Shown one piece after another: positions 48,119-60,279 of a stretch of DNA of 64,000 bases. The notes under the pieces were generated by a model, which saw only the letters and a list, made by a program, of their open reading frames with translations, was not told where the DNA came from and did not search any database. The stretch's first letter is position 1. Each line of letters starts with the position of its first letter. Position numbers and translations under genes: made by a program. Source of the DNA: Tubulanus polymorphus (taxonomy: Eukaryota; Animalia; Nemertea); NCBI RefSeq assembly GCF_964204645.1, contig NC_134029.1, positions 12,054,850 to 12,118,849 of the forward strand, written 5' to 3'.

Positions 48119-51100
48119 ATGGCAAAACTTTTCGAAATTGGACGCTCTTTTGCAAATATTGAAAACATGAAACAAGTGATAAGTGAATACGGACGAAGAT
48201 ACTTCATAAACTTGTACATAAGAAATAGCAGGATGCTTGAATCAGCAAGAAAGAAGGCCCCAAAACGTCAGTTTTCTGATGCCTTGGTATTTTCTGAAGT
48301 GACAGGAAGGTATTCATGGAGGGAGGCGTCAACGTCGACAGGGAAGCGCCCGAACTAAAAGTAAGTTATTATATTCAAACATATATATAGTGGAAGCTAT
48401 TCCATTTAATGTATTTAGTTTCTTCTACAAAATATTACAACTCACAGTCTCCAATAGATAAACTGATAATGAAATACACTACGACCGGAGAGCGTGTGTG
48501 ACAGGCTCTACTAAAGACTAAGACTTTACCCGAACACCAAAGGTCTGGTGTTAAACCATTCGCTGTGATTTTTACTTTGATGTCTCACTTATTGCCCCCA
48601 TTCCCAATGGCAATGCGTTACCAACCACGTTATTCCATTATAACCATGAACTTTCATTTCAGGACATTCATAAAAAAATGCCCTTTCCGTATTAATATAG
48701 GAGCAGCTAATGATGGGAGATTGTTGGTAATTAAAGCCTTGAACTTGGACCATAAGCACGAAACTAGCAAGGTCGGTATTAACAGCACGTATAAGCAATT
48801 GTTCAGTATCAACAATAACCTAATGATTGTCATATCATTTTGGAAGATCCGTTTTTATTTTTTCAGAAAACATATAAACATCTGCCAAAGCAGTGAAAGT
48901 TGGATGGGGAGTCTAGGCAGCAAGCAGAAAACATGCTGAGGGTACAAGGCAATAAGAAGCTGGTCCAGGAACATTAGGAAAACCATTGGAAGTACTGTTG
49001 TCTTGAAAGACTTACATAATAATGCGGCAACTCCGAAACCTCAGCATCGAAATGATTTCCGCGAATTGCTCCAAGAAATGAAGAAACACAATTGTATGCA
49101 TTTTGAAATTTTCATTTGATTTCTACCAATTTTGTCCCTCCCTAGACCCCGAATTAATTTTTCAAATTCTTTGGCCTTCTATCTCTTCTACAGGTGCTAT
49201 AGTCAAAGCCATTGTGAACAAGGAAAATGTCTTGAGCGCGATTTATTTCCAAACTCCAGAGATGAAGGGGACATTTAGTGCATACCCGGAATTACTTCAG
49301 GTCGATGCCACCTACAAAGTAGATAACTTGCGTATGCCTCTTTATCTGGTCATGGGATGCAATAGAAATGGAGAGTCTGAGATCGTATCATTATGGATAG
49401 TACAGCACGAAGATAAGGAAACATAATCAAATCTAACTGATATTTTCCAGCGTCACAATAGAAATCATATTCGTGTTGAATGTATATTGACTGACGAAGA
49501 TATGACCCAACGTGATGTCTTTGCTACGAAGTTCCCGGATGCTGATGTGCAATTGTATTTATTTCATTGTTTGTGATCAATGCGTACAATTTTTAATTTC
49601 GGCGTGAAATTACAACCGAAAAACTAGGGATAAGTTCAGGAGATTTATCATTATGTTTGCTCAATAAAATGCTTGTGACCGGTCCGAATACGAATCGTTG
49701 AAGGAACAATTAGAACAAAGTGTACCGAGAACTGTGTTTAACTACTTCACAAAAACTGGGACAATATTAAGGAACAATGGGTCGATGGACTAAAAATGGG
49801 AAAGTGTAACTTCATGAACAGAACCAACACTAGGGTTGAATCAAACAAGTTGTGAAGCATCACTCAGGGATGACAGAATTCTTTGCCAATATGATGATAT
49901 GTATCAACTCGCTACAAACTGAAAGAGATCATCGTGCGGTAAATTTGTTACATAAGCGGACTATCTCGGCATTTCCACAAAGCTCTGCGAAAGATAGATA
50001 TTCAAAACTACTGACACCATATGCATCCAGTTATGTACAGCGGTAATTAGATCGAATGACTTATGTGAAAATTCTCGTAAAGATAGCAGATAATGTTGTC
50101 ATTATTGATTCTGTGTCATCAAAAGAAAACTTGACTGTTAGTGACGTTAATTGTGAATGCGGTTTTATGGCTTGAATGCGTCTTCCTTGTCGCCATGTCC
50201 TTGTGACCAGAAAATTTCTTGATATGGAGGTGTTTTTTCAGTGGACCTTTGCAATAAGCGATGGTGGCAAAGTGAATATTTCAAGGAGCAAAGAGTGTTC
50301 GTGATGATTGATGAAAATGTAAATCCAAGTCACGATGATATTATCCATAATACTAGCCAGCCTTGTGTGTTGAATGAGCATGAAAAATACGGAAAGGCCC
50401 TTTAAATCGACACAGGCATTGGCACATCACGTATCTTCGTGTTGCATGCATGATTTTGAAAGTAAGATTGTTGTTCTCAGTGAATTAATTGAGTCGTGGC
50501 AACAAGGGAAGAAAGTTGTTCTATCAGAATTGGATGAGGATGGTATGTATCTGTTTTATATCATACTTTGCCCCACAATTTAACCCGGTATCGGCTAATC
50601 TGATCTAATATGTTCTCAGATCAAGGAAAAGAATGCAGTGTAGCTGTAAGAGAACCGTCGACTTCTGATGTGCGCAGTGTAGCTGTCCGAGAACCGTCGA
50701 CTTCTGATATGCGTAGTGTAGCTGTACGAGAACCGTCGACTTCTGATGTGCAGTCTTTTTTAGTACATGGTGTGTATGAAATACTTAAAACGTATTTGAT
50801 TTTTTTTAGGCAACAGCAAAGAACACCTACATTCGTGCAATGCAGTATCAAACTATTTGAACCTAAATCATTTTGTTTAGTTCAATATTACAGATCAACT
50901 GAACTGTTGTGATACCAGCGACCAGACAACAGATCCTGCTCGACGGCCAACATTACTTCAACAATCTTAAATGGTTTGTATAATTTCAATTACAATTCGC
51001 ATTTGTTTTTATGATTTTACGAATTAAATTATTCATTATGATTTATCATTTTTAAACCTTTTTATAAAATACCTCAAGAACTATCAGAAAAAAATCAACT

Positions 51101-52560
51101 TCAACAGCTTGTTACCTGGGCTTTGGAGAAACGAGAAGCTGGAAGAGCAATGTTAAGACTTGATGTAAAATCTCAAACGATATAGGTATGATGCATCACA
51201 GAGACATATGTTGATTATCGAAAAGATTGGAGGGGAATTTGAAAGTATTGTTGTTAAGCTGATGCACCTGGATTCTCGGCTTAAGGGTGATGCCAATGCG
51301 GTTATTGTGTTAGTCGATGCCTTAGTGGATCAGTTTGCGAAGGATAATAAAATAGTCATCTCAGATGATGATGGTATAAGTGAAGGTAATTAGAATTTTT
51401 GAGTTCTGAATCTGCTGCAAAATGCTGACTAAAACCACCTCAGCTTATCTGCATGCTTATGTTTTATGAAAATTCCTCCATTGTATTTTCAGTTGATGAC
51501 AACAATAGTAGTTTCAACATTAACCATTCGGAAGTAATGGAAGTGGAATCAACACTCAATGATCATTCTGATATAGGTATGAGTCAGTATTGCTGCTTCT
51601 GGATTGAACTCTTTAGACATAATATATGTATGTACAGACTGTGAAGAAAGTATCTCCTTTTTCATTTCAGCTGTGAGAATACCACCAAAATGTCTTGTTG
51701 TTGGTCATACCAAGGGCGCTGGTCGTTGTACTCCTGACATGAAAAGGAAATTGAAAAGGAAAGTTCAAGACAAGTCAAGTGCCAATGCTGGTCGGAGCGA
51801 TTTATTGCATACAGGTATGTCATATTACTTAAGCTATATATAGAAATTCAAGATTTTTGGGTCACAACTCAATATATGAACATTTCTCATTCACAGTTCA
51901 ATGTTCCATGGACGACCCTTTGTCTGAAATAAAGTTACCGGAAAGGGTGCCAAAATGTGGGCGACCTAAAGGTGTACAACTTACTGCCATTCGATTGCCT
52001 AAGAAGCGACTTGAGCTTGAAGAAAAGCCTATTCCATATATCCGACTTCACTCAAAAGAAACGGAAAGAGGTAGTGTATTTACTTAAGTACATATTTTTA
52101 ATAATACCACAGCTCTAGTCAAAAGTGGTTTCGGAATTTGAAGCACAGGAGAAAACTGAATTTGAAGCACAGGAAAGAAGTTCCAGAATAAACTACAATT
52201 TCTTATCTTCTTTCCAGTTATAATACAATAGTTGACGCAAGATTCAGATGTTATGAAATTATTGACTTCGTCGGATGGTGATACGTTGTTAGAAAAGGCA
52301 GATGTCCTGAAACCTGAACTGTGCTCTACAGGATGAACTAGTCAATTTTTTTATGGTAAAAAACTTTGCGCATTTGATTGCTGGAAACATATCGAAAGAG
52401 GATTAAAGAAGTTGAAAAAACAGGGCTATGATTGTGATGTTTGTTGTAATGCATTAACGGATGATCAAAGCATATGTTGTGACTGTTGTTTGAAGTGGAC
52501 TCACATGTAATGTGCTGGCTTGTAAACATTGCCTAAAGCTAAACACTGTTTCTGAGTACA
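48119..52560 (+). pseudogene. Intron-containing MULE transposase, ZSWIM1/ZSWIM3-like, with a SWIM finger and a C-terminal PHD-like finger
   Basis: MAKLFEIGRSF..., CPFRI...DHKH, YFQTPEM...YPELLQVDATYK...MPLY, ILTD.D...LFHCL, NRTNTRVES, CECGF..MRLPCRHVL, CDVC...CCDCCLKWTHM*C; GT-AG introns (e.g. 48361-48662); many stops. Confidence 0.85.
50636..50752. repeat. 39-bp tandem repeat x3
   Basis: GCAGTGTAGCTGTAAGAGAACCGTCGACTTCTGATGTGC units (SVAVREPSTSDVR in frame). Confidence 0.9.
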
Positions 52561-52801
52561 GTGTCTCCAAGTTTTGACTGATTCTACTAAGTAGTGTTGA
52601 GTATTTTAATGCATTTATAATTTGTCTGCAAATATGTTATATTTCTATTTCTACTGTTAATCTTTTTGATATAACTAGCTATTTGTGATTGGAAATGTGT
52701 TGTATTTTTATTGATTTATAGCAGAAATTTATAAATTAGAAAATGTATTTCTAATTTTACCAATGCAGCCAAGATGTTAGATGTTGTATATCTAGCATAT
52801 A

Positions 52802-54142
52802 TTTAGGGTTTCTGCTGCCTCGGCAGAAACCCTATTGGATTCCTGCTGATTATTATTTTAACATATTTTCCACTGAGTTTCGTCACATAAAAATCATCTT
52901 CTATTAGATTTGACTACCAACAACTTTGAAACGAAATGTTAAACTCTGATAATAATATAACAGTCTCTTTCTGCGCGTAGTTTCTATGGATGTACTGTGC
53001 TTCCTATTTTAAACTTGAAGTTATTTAAAGATAGCACCGGTGGAAATAGCACTCATCAATCATTCTGTCGCGAGTCTGAAAGTTTGTGACGTCATTTCAT
53101 AAATAAATAAAAAAGGAAGGCTCCAAGAATATCCAAAACACAGGTTGCTGTCAATAACTGGGGTTCGACCATTCACTAGTTAAAAATGTACTTCCTTGTT
53201 TGTGAAGTAAGTTTATTCATACTGTTATTAAAAGCAGTTCCTTTTAAACATTCTTTAATAGTATAGTTTTGTTCGTGGATATCAATACTTCGAAAAATCA
53301 ACAGCGGTTTATTTATTTATTGTACCGGTACGCGTTTTCTTAATTGAATTGAATTGGTCCGGTCCAAAAGGCGGGTCATACTAGTTAGCGTCAGAAAATG
53401 TCAGCGTCGGTGATACCTTGTTATCGTCGATATTAAACAGTCTAAAGTCAGTTTACATCACATACATTACAAATTGGAGGTCCCTTGTACATGTACATCA
53501 CATCGTGACGCAGCGGCGATGGTAATGTCATAGAAGAACAAAGTCAGTTGAAAATACCTACCCACTGCACCGATAAAGAATGATTGCTAGCCAGAGACCA
53601 GTGACAGTTAGTAATGAGGAGTGATGGTACCGTTCGTGATTATGTTTTTATAATGGTTATTGGACGTCAATTTCATATGTGAATTGTAGTCCCCATCTGA
53701 TCGCTTGACTTGTCAGACTGACTTGTCACTCCCCTACTAATAGTAACACTATAAGGCCTTCCCTCCTGCATAGTTTACCCTATAGGCCAAATTTGTGCTT
53801 TGGGCCAAATTCGGTTTTCTTATCAATTCGACTTTTTTTCGGAACTAATAATAACGGAATATGCGCTTAAACTGTCACTAGGGAATGGTAAAAACACCGT
53901 AGCTTTGTTCTTCTCGATGTTATTTCCCCCAAAACCTGGCACATTAGTACTTTGAGCGTAGTAGCACATGCGCGTAGCAGCACATGTGGGTCAACATATC
54001 TATGTTGTGAGTTGACCCCTAGGTGGCACTCTTTAAAAAAACGGAATGTAACGAACTGATTTCCGGTGAAATCTTTGCTCGCATCCCTGAACGACATTCT
54101 ATCCAGAAAGCAGAAACCCGTTATCGCTGCTTGCAGCTATAT
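52802..54142 (+). mobile_element. Third HINE-like family (distinct from A and B)
   Basis: 5' hairpin AGGGTTTCTGC...GCAGAAACCCT; 3' subTIR GCAGAAACCC plus hairpin CGCTGCTTGCAGC; T-rich flanks. A 3'-end fragment also occurs at ~33168-33205. Confidence 0.7.
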
Positions 54143-54164
54143 TTTGTTTTTGTATTTTTATTAA

Positions 54165-54510
54165 GAGTATTTTAGTAATGCAGTAATAATTTTTTCTTTA
54201 AATATGTTATATTTCTTCTGTTTATCATTGAATATGATATTATTTGACATTAATGCAATAGTTATTTGTGATTAGAGTGGTGTTTTATTTTCATTGATTC
54301 GTCCATTATCATTTAAGAAATTGAAAATGTATTTGAAATCCTTTTAGAGACTTTTTTATTGTTTTCCGATATAGAGTATTTTTTAGTAAAGCAGTGATAA
54401 TTTTTTTGTCTATATGTTATATTTCTTCTGTGTGTCATTGAATGTAATATTATTTGATATTAATACAATAGTTATTTGTGATTGGAATGGTGTCTTGTTT
54501 TTCATTGAAA
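54165..54510. repeat. ~210-bp tandem duplication (related copy ~52597-52760)
   Basis: GAGTATTTT...ATATGTTATATTTCTTCTG...GTTATTTGTGATT units. Confidence 0.7.
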
Positions 54511-54890
54511 ATTAGATGTTTTGTAACCTGCCAAATGAAATTTCGTTTGTAACACTTTTATTGTATGTAATTCTGTATGCTGCTGTCTCAATATATTCCA
54601 TCCTACGACTACATACTATGTGCTTGTAACAGAAAATACATATAAATCAATTCGAATTTCACATGAAGGATTGAAATTTTGGTGCGTTTTTATCTGATAT
54701 TACCCTTGGTTATTTGCCAATCTTCCATTTCATCTATAAAAGCCAGTAGTTATCATTGCACTATGTAGCTGAATAAACAATTGCCCTGAAAACGAATTGG
54801 AGACGTGCATAAATGTTCCTTAAATTGTTCCTAATTTCTTTGTCCAGCGCGACGTAAGAATACTCAGAATTTATTTCTACGGGAGACGTA

Positions 54891-56743
54891 CCGTATTTTC
54901 CGGTGTACAAGTCGACCCGGTGTATAAGTCAAGGTCAAATTTTGAGTTGAGTGGCTTCTTCATAAGTATACATATGTCACATTGAAAACAGTGCCGATGT
55001 CATTCTCATAGTAGTTGAGAGTATTTACCACTTATTGCATTATTAAATCATTGGGATCTGTTGTTTCTAATATTAAATTACCGGATTAGTGCTTATTGTT
55101 TGTATCCAAGTGTTGAATGTATAGTGTATATGTTGAATGCCGCGCGCCTGTAGTCTATTATTAGACTGACTGTGTATTGATTATTGGCACGCTGCCACAG
55201 CATCGCCGCTTATATAAACACTGTACAATGAATATACGCAGTTTTCTTTCTCTTTTTATTTTTAGCCCACTTGGGACTTTAGTCCCAGCGGGCTATTGCG
55301 TTCACTTTTCGTCCGTCATCCATCCGTCCGTCCGTAGACGGAATCCAGTTATTTTGGGAAGTTTTGAAGACGCTTCAAGGTAATGTCTTGATATTTGGTT
55401 TATACATGTATCTACCCTAGACACATCTTCAGCCCAAAAACTGGCCCTATCAGAATCAAGATGGCCGACTGGCAGCCATTGTTGTTCGCCAAAATCAGCA
55501 CTATTGACTGTGATCAAGACGATTTGATCAATTACCTTGATCTTTCGAATATATTTGAATCTACCAAGGGCCCATCAGCATAAGAAAAATTGGGTCCATC
55601 TGACTCAAGATGGCCGTCCTATGACCTTTTAAGTGCCCAAAAATGTCAATTTTGGCCAGAATTCTAGGTCCTGTAGCTTCCTACTGGTTTGCCATTTCTC
55701 ATTGCAATTTGTGATGGGTATTCTTTGTAAAGGGATGTTTTATACCTGAGATAGGTATTTTTGATCCGCCAATTATGACGCAATTGGCGGCCATCTTGGT
55801 GTCATTAGTACTCATTCGTAGGTGGGAAAAAGTTTTTCGACATTATATTGTTACCTAAGCATATTTTGTTACAACAATGAATTAGAAAGTTGTAGCGTAT
55901 AACGTGTTCTATGATTGGGGTGAGTTTCAAGTTAATTGTTTTTTGTATATGGCCACCAGGGGGCGTTGAATAATACAATATCTTAGTATTTCTATATTAT
56001 ATTTGTACCAATACATATTTTGTTACCGCAATCAATTGAAAAGTTGTAGCTCATGACATCATCTATGATTGTGGTGAGTTTTAAGGAAATTAGTTATGCT
56101 ATATGGTCACCAGGGGGCGTTGAATAGTAGAATAACCTTGTATTTCCTTATTATATTGGTACCTAGGCACATTTTTTGTTACCATGATCAATTACAAAGT
56201 TGTAGTTCATCACATGTTCTATGAATATGGTGAGTTACAAGGTTATTGGGTTTTGAATATGGTCACCAGGGGGCGTTGAATAGTAGATTAACTTAGTATT
56301 TCCATATTAAATTAGTAACGAGGCATTTTTTGTTATCACAATCAATTACAAAATCGTAGCTGCTGACATGTTTTATGATTGTATTGAGTTTCAAGGTCAT
56401 TGGTTTTTGTATATGGTCACCAGAGGGCGTTGAATATTGAAATTGTTAGATTGTTGAGCATTTGAAACCACTTCCCAAGTGGGCATGGTGTCCCTGGACC
56501 CCTAGTTAACATTAGTTAATTTTAAACATTTCCAAACTGTGAGAAACTATTTTTATCAACATCCTAAATTCTGATTGGTATATGAGTGTAGCCTAACATG
56601 AATTAATATTCCATTTCATCATGGCGACCTTGAACTCTAAACATCGTCAGTTTAAAACGATATCGAAAGTGTATAAGTCAACCTACGTTTTTTGGACATG
56701 ATTTTTGGTCTCAAAAACTCGACTTATACACCGGAAAATACGG
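54891..56743. mobile_element. pogo-like MITE, copy 2, interrupted by HINE-A
   Basis: Same TIRs and body as 26299-26953, reversed. Confidence 0.88.
55258..56507 (+). mobile_element. Complete HINE family A copy with four CTCF-like tandem units
   Basis: Same termini as 46139-47289; inserted in a T-run of the pogo MITE without a TSD. Confidence 0.88.
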
Positions 56744-59700
56744 TTTGAATAAAATATGATATGTATTTCTACGTCCGGCGCACGTAAGGATAGCTGGGAA
56801 TAAATTTTGGTTATTTTACGGGAGACGTAAGAATAGTATACTTGACTTATTTCTACGTCTGATACGACGGACCGATAGCCAAGGAATTTATTTTTACGTC
56901 CACTAATGCGCATGCGCATGCCCATCGCACCGGACGTGAAATCAGACGTAAATATAGCCGCAAGTTAATTCTTACGGGCGGCGTAAAAATAGCCTGACAA
57001 CTGTGGTGTTAGCTGGTGTTTTCTGTTGATTTCTTCTTTCTGTCGAAACTTTCTTCCTTTGATACAAAATAATTTCCAAATGAGGCTTAGTTTCTTTTTG
57101 GAACTATTAAAACATTCAATGCAGTTATAAAAGCTCTAACCGTATTGAATTGCATCGGTATCCATTGCTTATTTATCTATAGTTATTTATTTGTTGGAAG
57201 TATATTTCGTTTCGGAGGAACACATGCCGTTTTACGTATATTCATGCTTCACACACGTGCTCATTACAGACTCGCTGCTATATGATGTATTAATGATCTG
57301 TGCATGAAAAGCACGCCTCGCGCGTGGCCTAGTTAAAGTTTTCCTGGAAACTGCAAATGATTCAACTGCCAGGGTTCGTCGAGGCTGGCTGTGAAAAGCA
57401 GGGGAATTTATAGAAGGGCAGTAAAATTGGGAACTTGGAAATTGTTCAATTTTACGTTAATAAAGTCTAACAAACTTCATACACCGTGTACAGAAATCGT
57501 CACACCATGAACGTGGAGAGTGTCTATTTGAGCCGTGGAAAAGCCCACTACCATGCATATTTTTCAGATGAATCATCATGCGGCTGCTGTGTGATGGAGA
57601 TCGTATCAATAGGCAGATTTTCAAAAACTTCTGGACTCAATCTAGGGGTCGTCTTATCAACGGGGTCCCTATGCATCTTAACAACCAATCAGAGCTACGC
57701 GCACATGCTACGGAGTCCCGTCGATAGACTGTTTAGTAACACATTTTCCTTGCCAACTTGTATTCTAGATGTATATTCTATGAAAATAGATACATATCAA
57801 TTTGAAAATATTTTGCATTCCAAAATTTATTTTTGGTGCACCAGTGCTTAGTTTGGTGAATAAAACTCTGTATGAATATTCGGATGAATTTTATGCAATA
57901 CTTATTTTTTATCATATAGAAAACACCGAACAGGTGAACTAGTATTGTTTAGGATATAAGAATCATCAGTTCGATGCTGCTGCGGCTGCGGCTGCCCCGA
58001 TACGCGCAATGGGACCTGTCTGGCTTTACCGCAGATTAATCTGGCGCAGTACCGCAGCTTGCGATTTTTTTTTTCAGATGAGAGTTTCCGCCATTTTATT
58101 TGCAGTGCGCATGCTTGACATTCAATTTGTAAACACAATCCATACGCGTGCGCTACACTCGCTGTATCAGCGTTCGCAGCAACTCATAACTTTTGGAGGA
58201 CATGAACGCACGTGATCGGCCGTGCTTGAAATGGAAAATTAAAGTATCTTGTACGATGATGAGGAGAAAATGAAAGATGAAATCTAAATAATTCAATTCT
58301 TTCAAAGATTGGCATTTGGAAAATGCGTGGTTTTGAAATCTATGTAAGAAAACACTACACCCCGGTTTGATTAGCAGGTTTTCCATCTGAACAGTAGACC
58401 ACACACACGTGTCAGTGTATTAACAGTAGCAGTAGTATATACACTCCTATTACGTGCATATACAGTATATTTCATGGTACGCAGGCACAGGCCTCGTACA
58501 CTACTAACAGTGACACAGTTCTCGACAGAGTTCAGCGATTCCTCGGCATTTGTTTACAAATACTGCAGAGTATGCGCACTGCAAACAAAATGGTGGAGAC
58601 TCTCTTGTGAAAAAAAATCACCCGCAGCTAGCTCTGTCCTTGGATTTGCTAAAGCTTAGAGCAAAACAAATCAGTCTGACGTATTTGTTCCTGCCTACCA
58701 CTGTCCGGGGCGTTAAGTCTCACCATAGTGCCCAGGGCAGTTGTTAAACCAAACAGTTCTGCATGATTTAAAGACAAGTAGAATGAACGATGTAATATGT
58801 TTTCATCGATATTATAAAAGAAACTACCTCGAGAGCACAGGACCTTTGGTCCTCTAGTATGATATCTTCACAAGAGAGTAGATTTTTGCCTGGATTTTGT
58901 CTTGAGATCGTCACAATTTTTGAATTAGACACCATATTGGATGGGTCAATGTAAAGTGAAGATTCGTTTAGAATATTTGGTGAAACTGTTTCATGAACCA
59001 CTCGATTTGAGGAAGAAAAATAAAACTTTCTTGTTAATTTCAACAAACATATCAGACAATTTGGCTAACATTGATAACCCCAGTGACTGTTGACAAAAAT
59101 TGGATTAGTTTTTTGCACTGATTACCCTCACATCGTTTCAGCAGTATTTTAGACAAATCTTCACTTTAGATTTCCCAATCCATTATGGCATCCTATTGAA
59201 AGATCGTCACAATTCTTAGATATAAACCGGGCCAAAAATCTACTTTCTAGTGAAGATATCATAAAATAAATCACTGCATTGGATTCCGTGAGAAGCTAGC
59301 ATCTGCACTTTGAACCGTGTGCCCTTCTAATGATTATTGATTATCAAATTCAAATTTCAACTAAATTTATTTCGCCTGGGAGACGATCTGCTCTCAGCCG
59401 CGTATGGGCCTATGTAACCATAAAATGAGTAAAATATTTCCATTTTTTCAGATTCATTGTTCCCAATCTGTGCTTCGAATTCCTGCTTATGTGAGTTTTT
59501 TTCAGTATTTCTGTCATTTCAATATGGAACCGGGGCAAATTATTGTGACAGTTGTCTTAGACTTGCATGGGGTTGGGGGATGAATGAAAATGGCTTGGCT
59601 CTTGACTTTGACGGTAATTAGATCATGGGGTTTTCCATGGTCGGCCTAATAGATATCCTAACTGACAAGCCCTGACAGTGCATTGAATACTTTTTATTTT

Positions 59701-60279
59701 TGTATTGATTAGGCAGAAACTAAATTGGTACATTTCTATCGTTTCAGATTTGTCAAATGGATGTTGAATGATACGTACAATCCCTATCTACACTAGACAG
59801 TCGTTTCTATTCGTCTATACTTCAGCAAACACCGCTTTCCTCGGAATAGCTTCAAAATCGATACTCCACCGGAGTAAAGGCATTTCCTATCTGAAACAAC
59901 CTAGTGGTACCAGCACGTGCTCTAGTGATAGATCGGACATTGAATTTTCCTCAGACCGCACATTTGAAAAAAAGTTGAAGTTAATACAATTCAAGTCTCA
60001 ATTGACTCACTGTTCGTCTAAAAAAACTTGTTGGCAATCAAACTGTTGCGCGTTTTCAAAAATATCGAGAAGCAGGTCGATTTTGATCTAATCACAAATG
60101 TTTCATTCAGCCACCTAACTTCACTTCAAATCCAGAAAATAAAGAGCATGGTTCAATGTTTATTTTTATGTGATCATAGAATTTGTTGTACAAGTTAGTT
60201 AAAATGTCCGAGCTTATTCTTATACTTTGCTAGTGATAACGACTAACCTTTAAGTCCTAATAGCAAAGACAGTCTTGTT

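Larger units (their letters stand above)
47965..56994 (+). mobile_element. Mutator-like element (MULE), ~9 kb, with nested insertions
   Basis: Imperfect ~65-90 bp TIRs GGCTATTTTTACGYCGCCCRTAAGARTTAAC...; encloses a MULE transposase pseudogene. No clear TSD was found. Confidence 0.8.

Noticed and set aside
47955-57004. 9-bp TSD for the MULE
   Set aside because: The flanks CAACAAAGT and TGACAACTG do not match well enough to claim.
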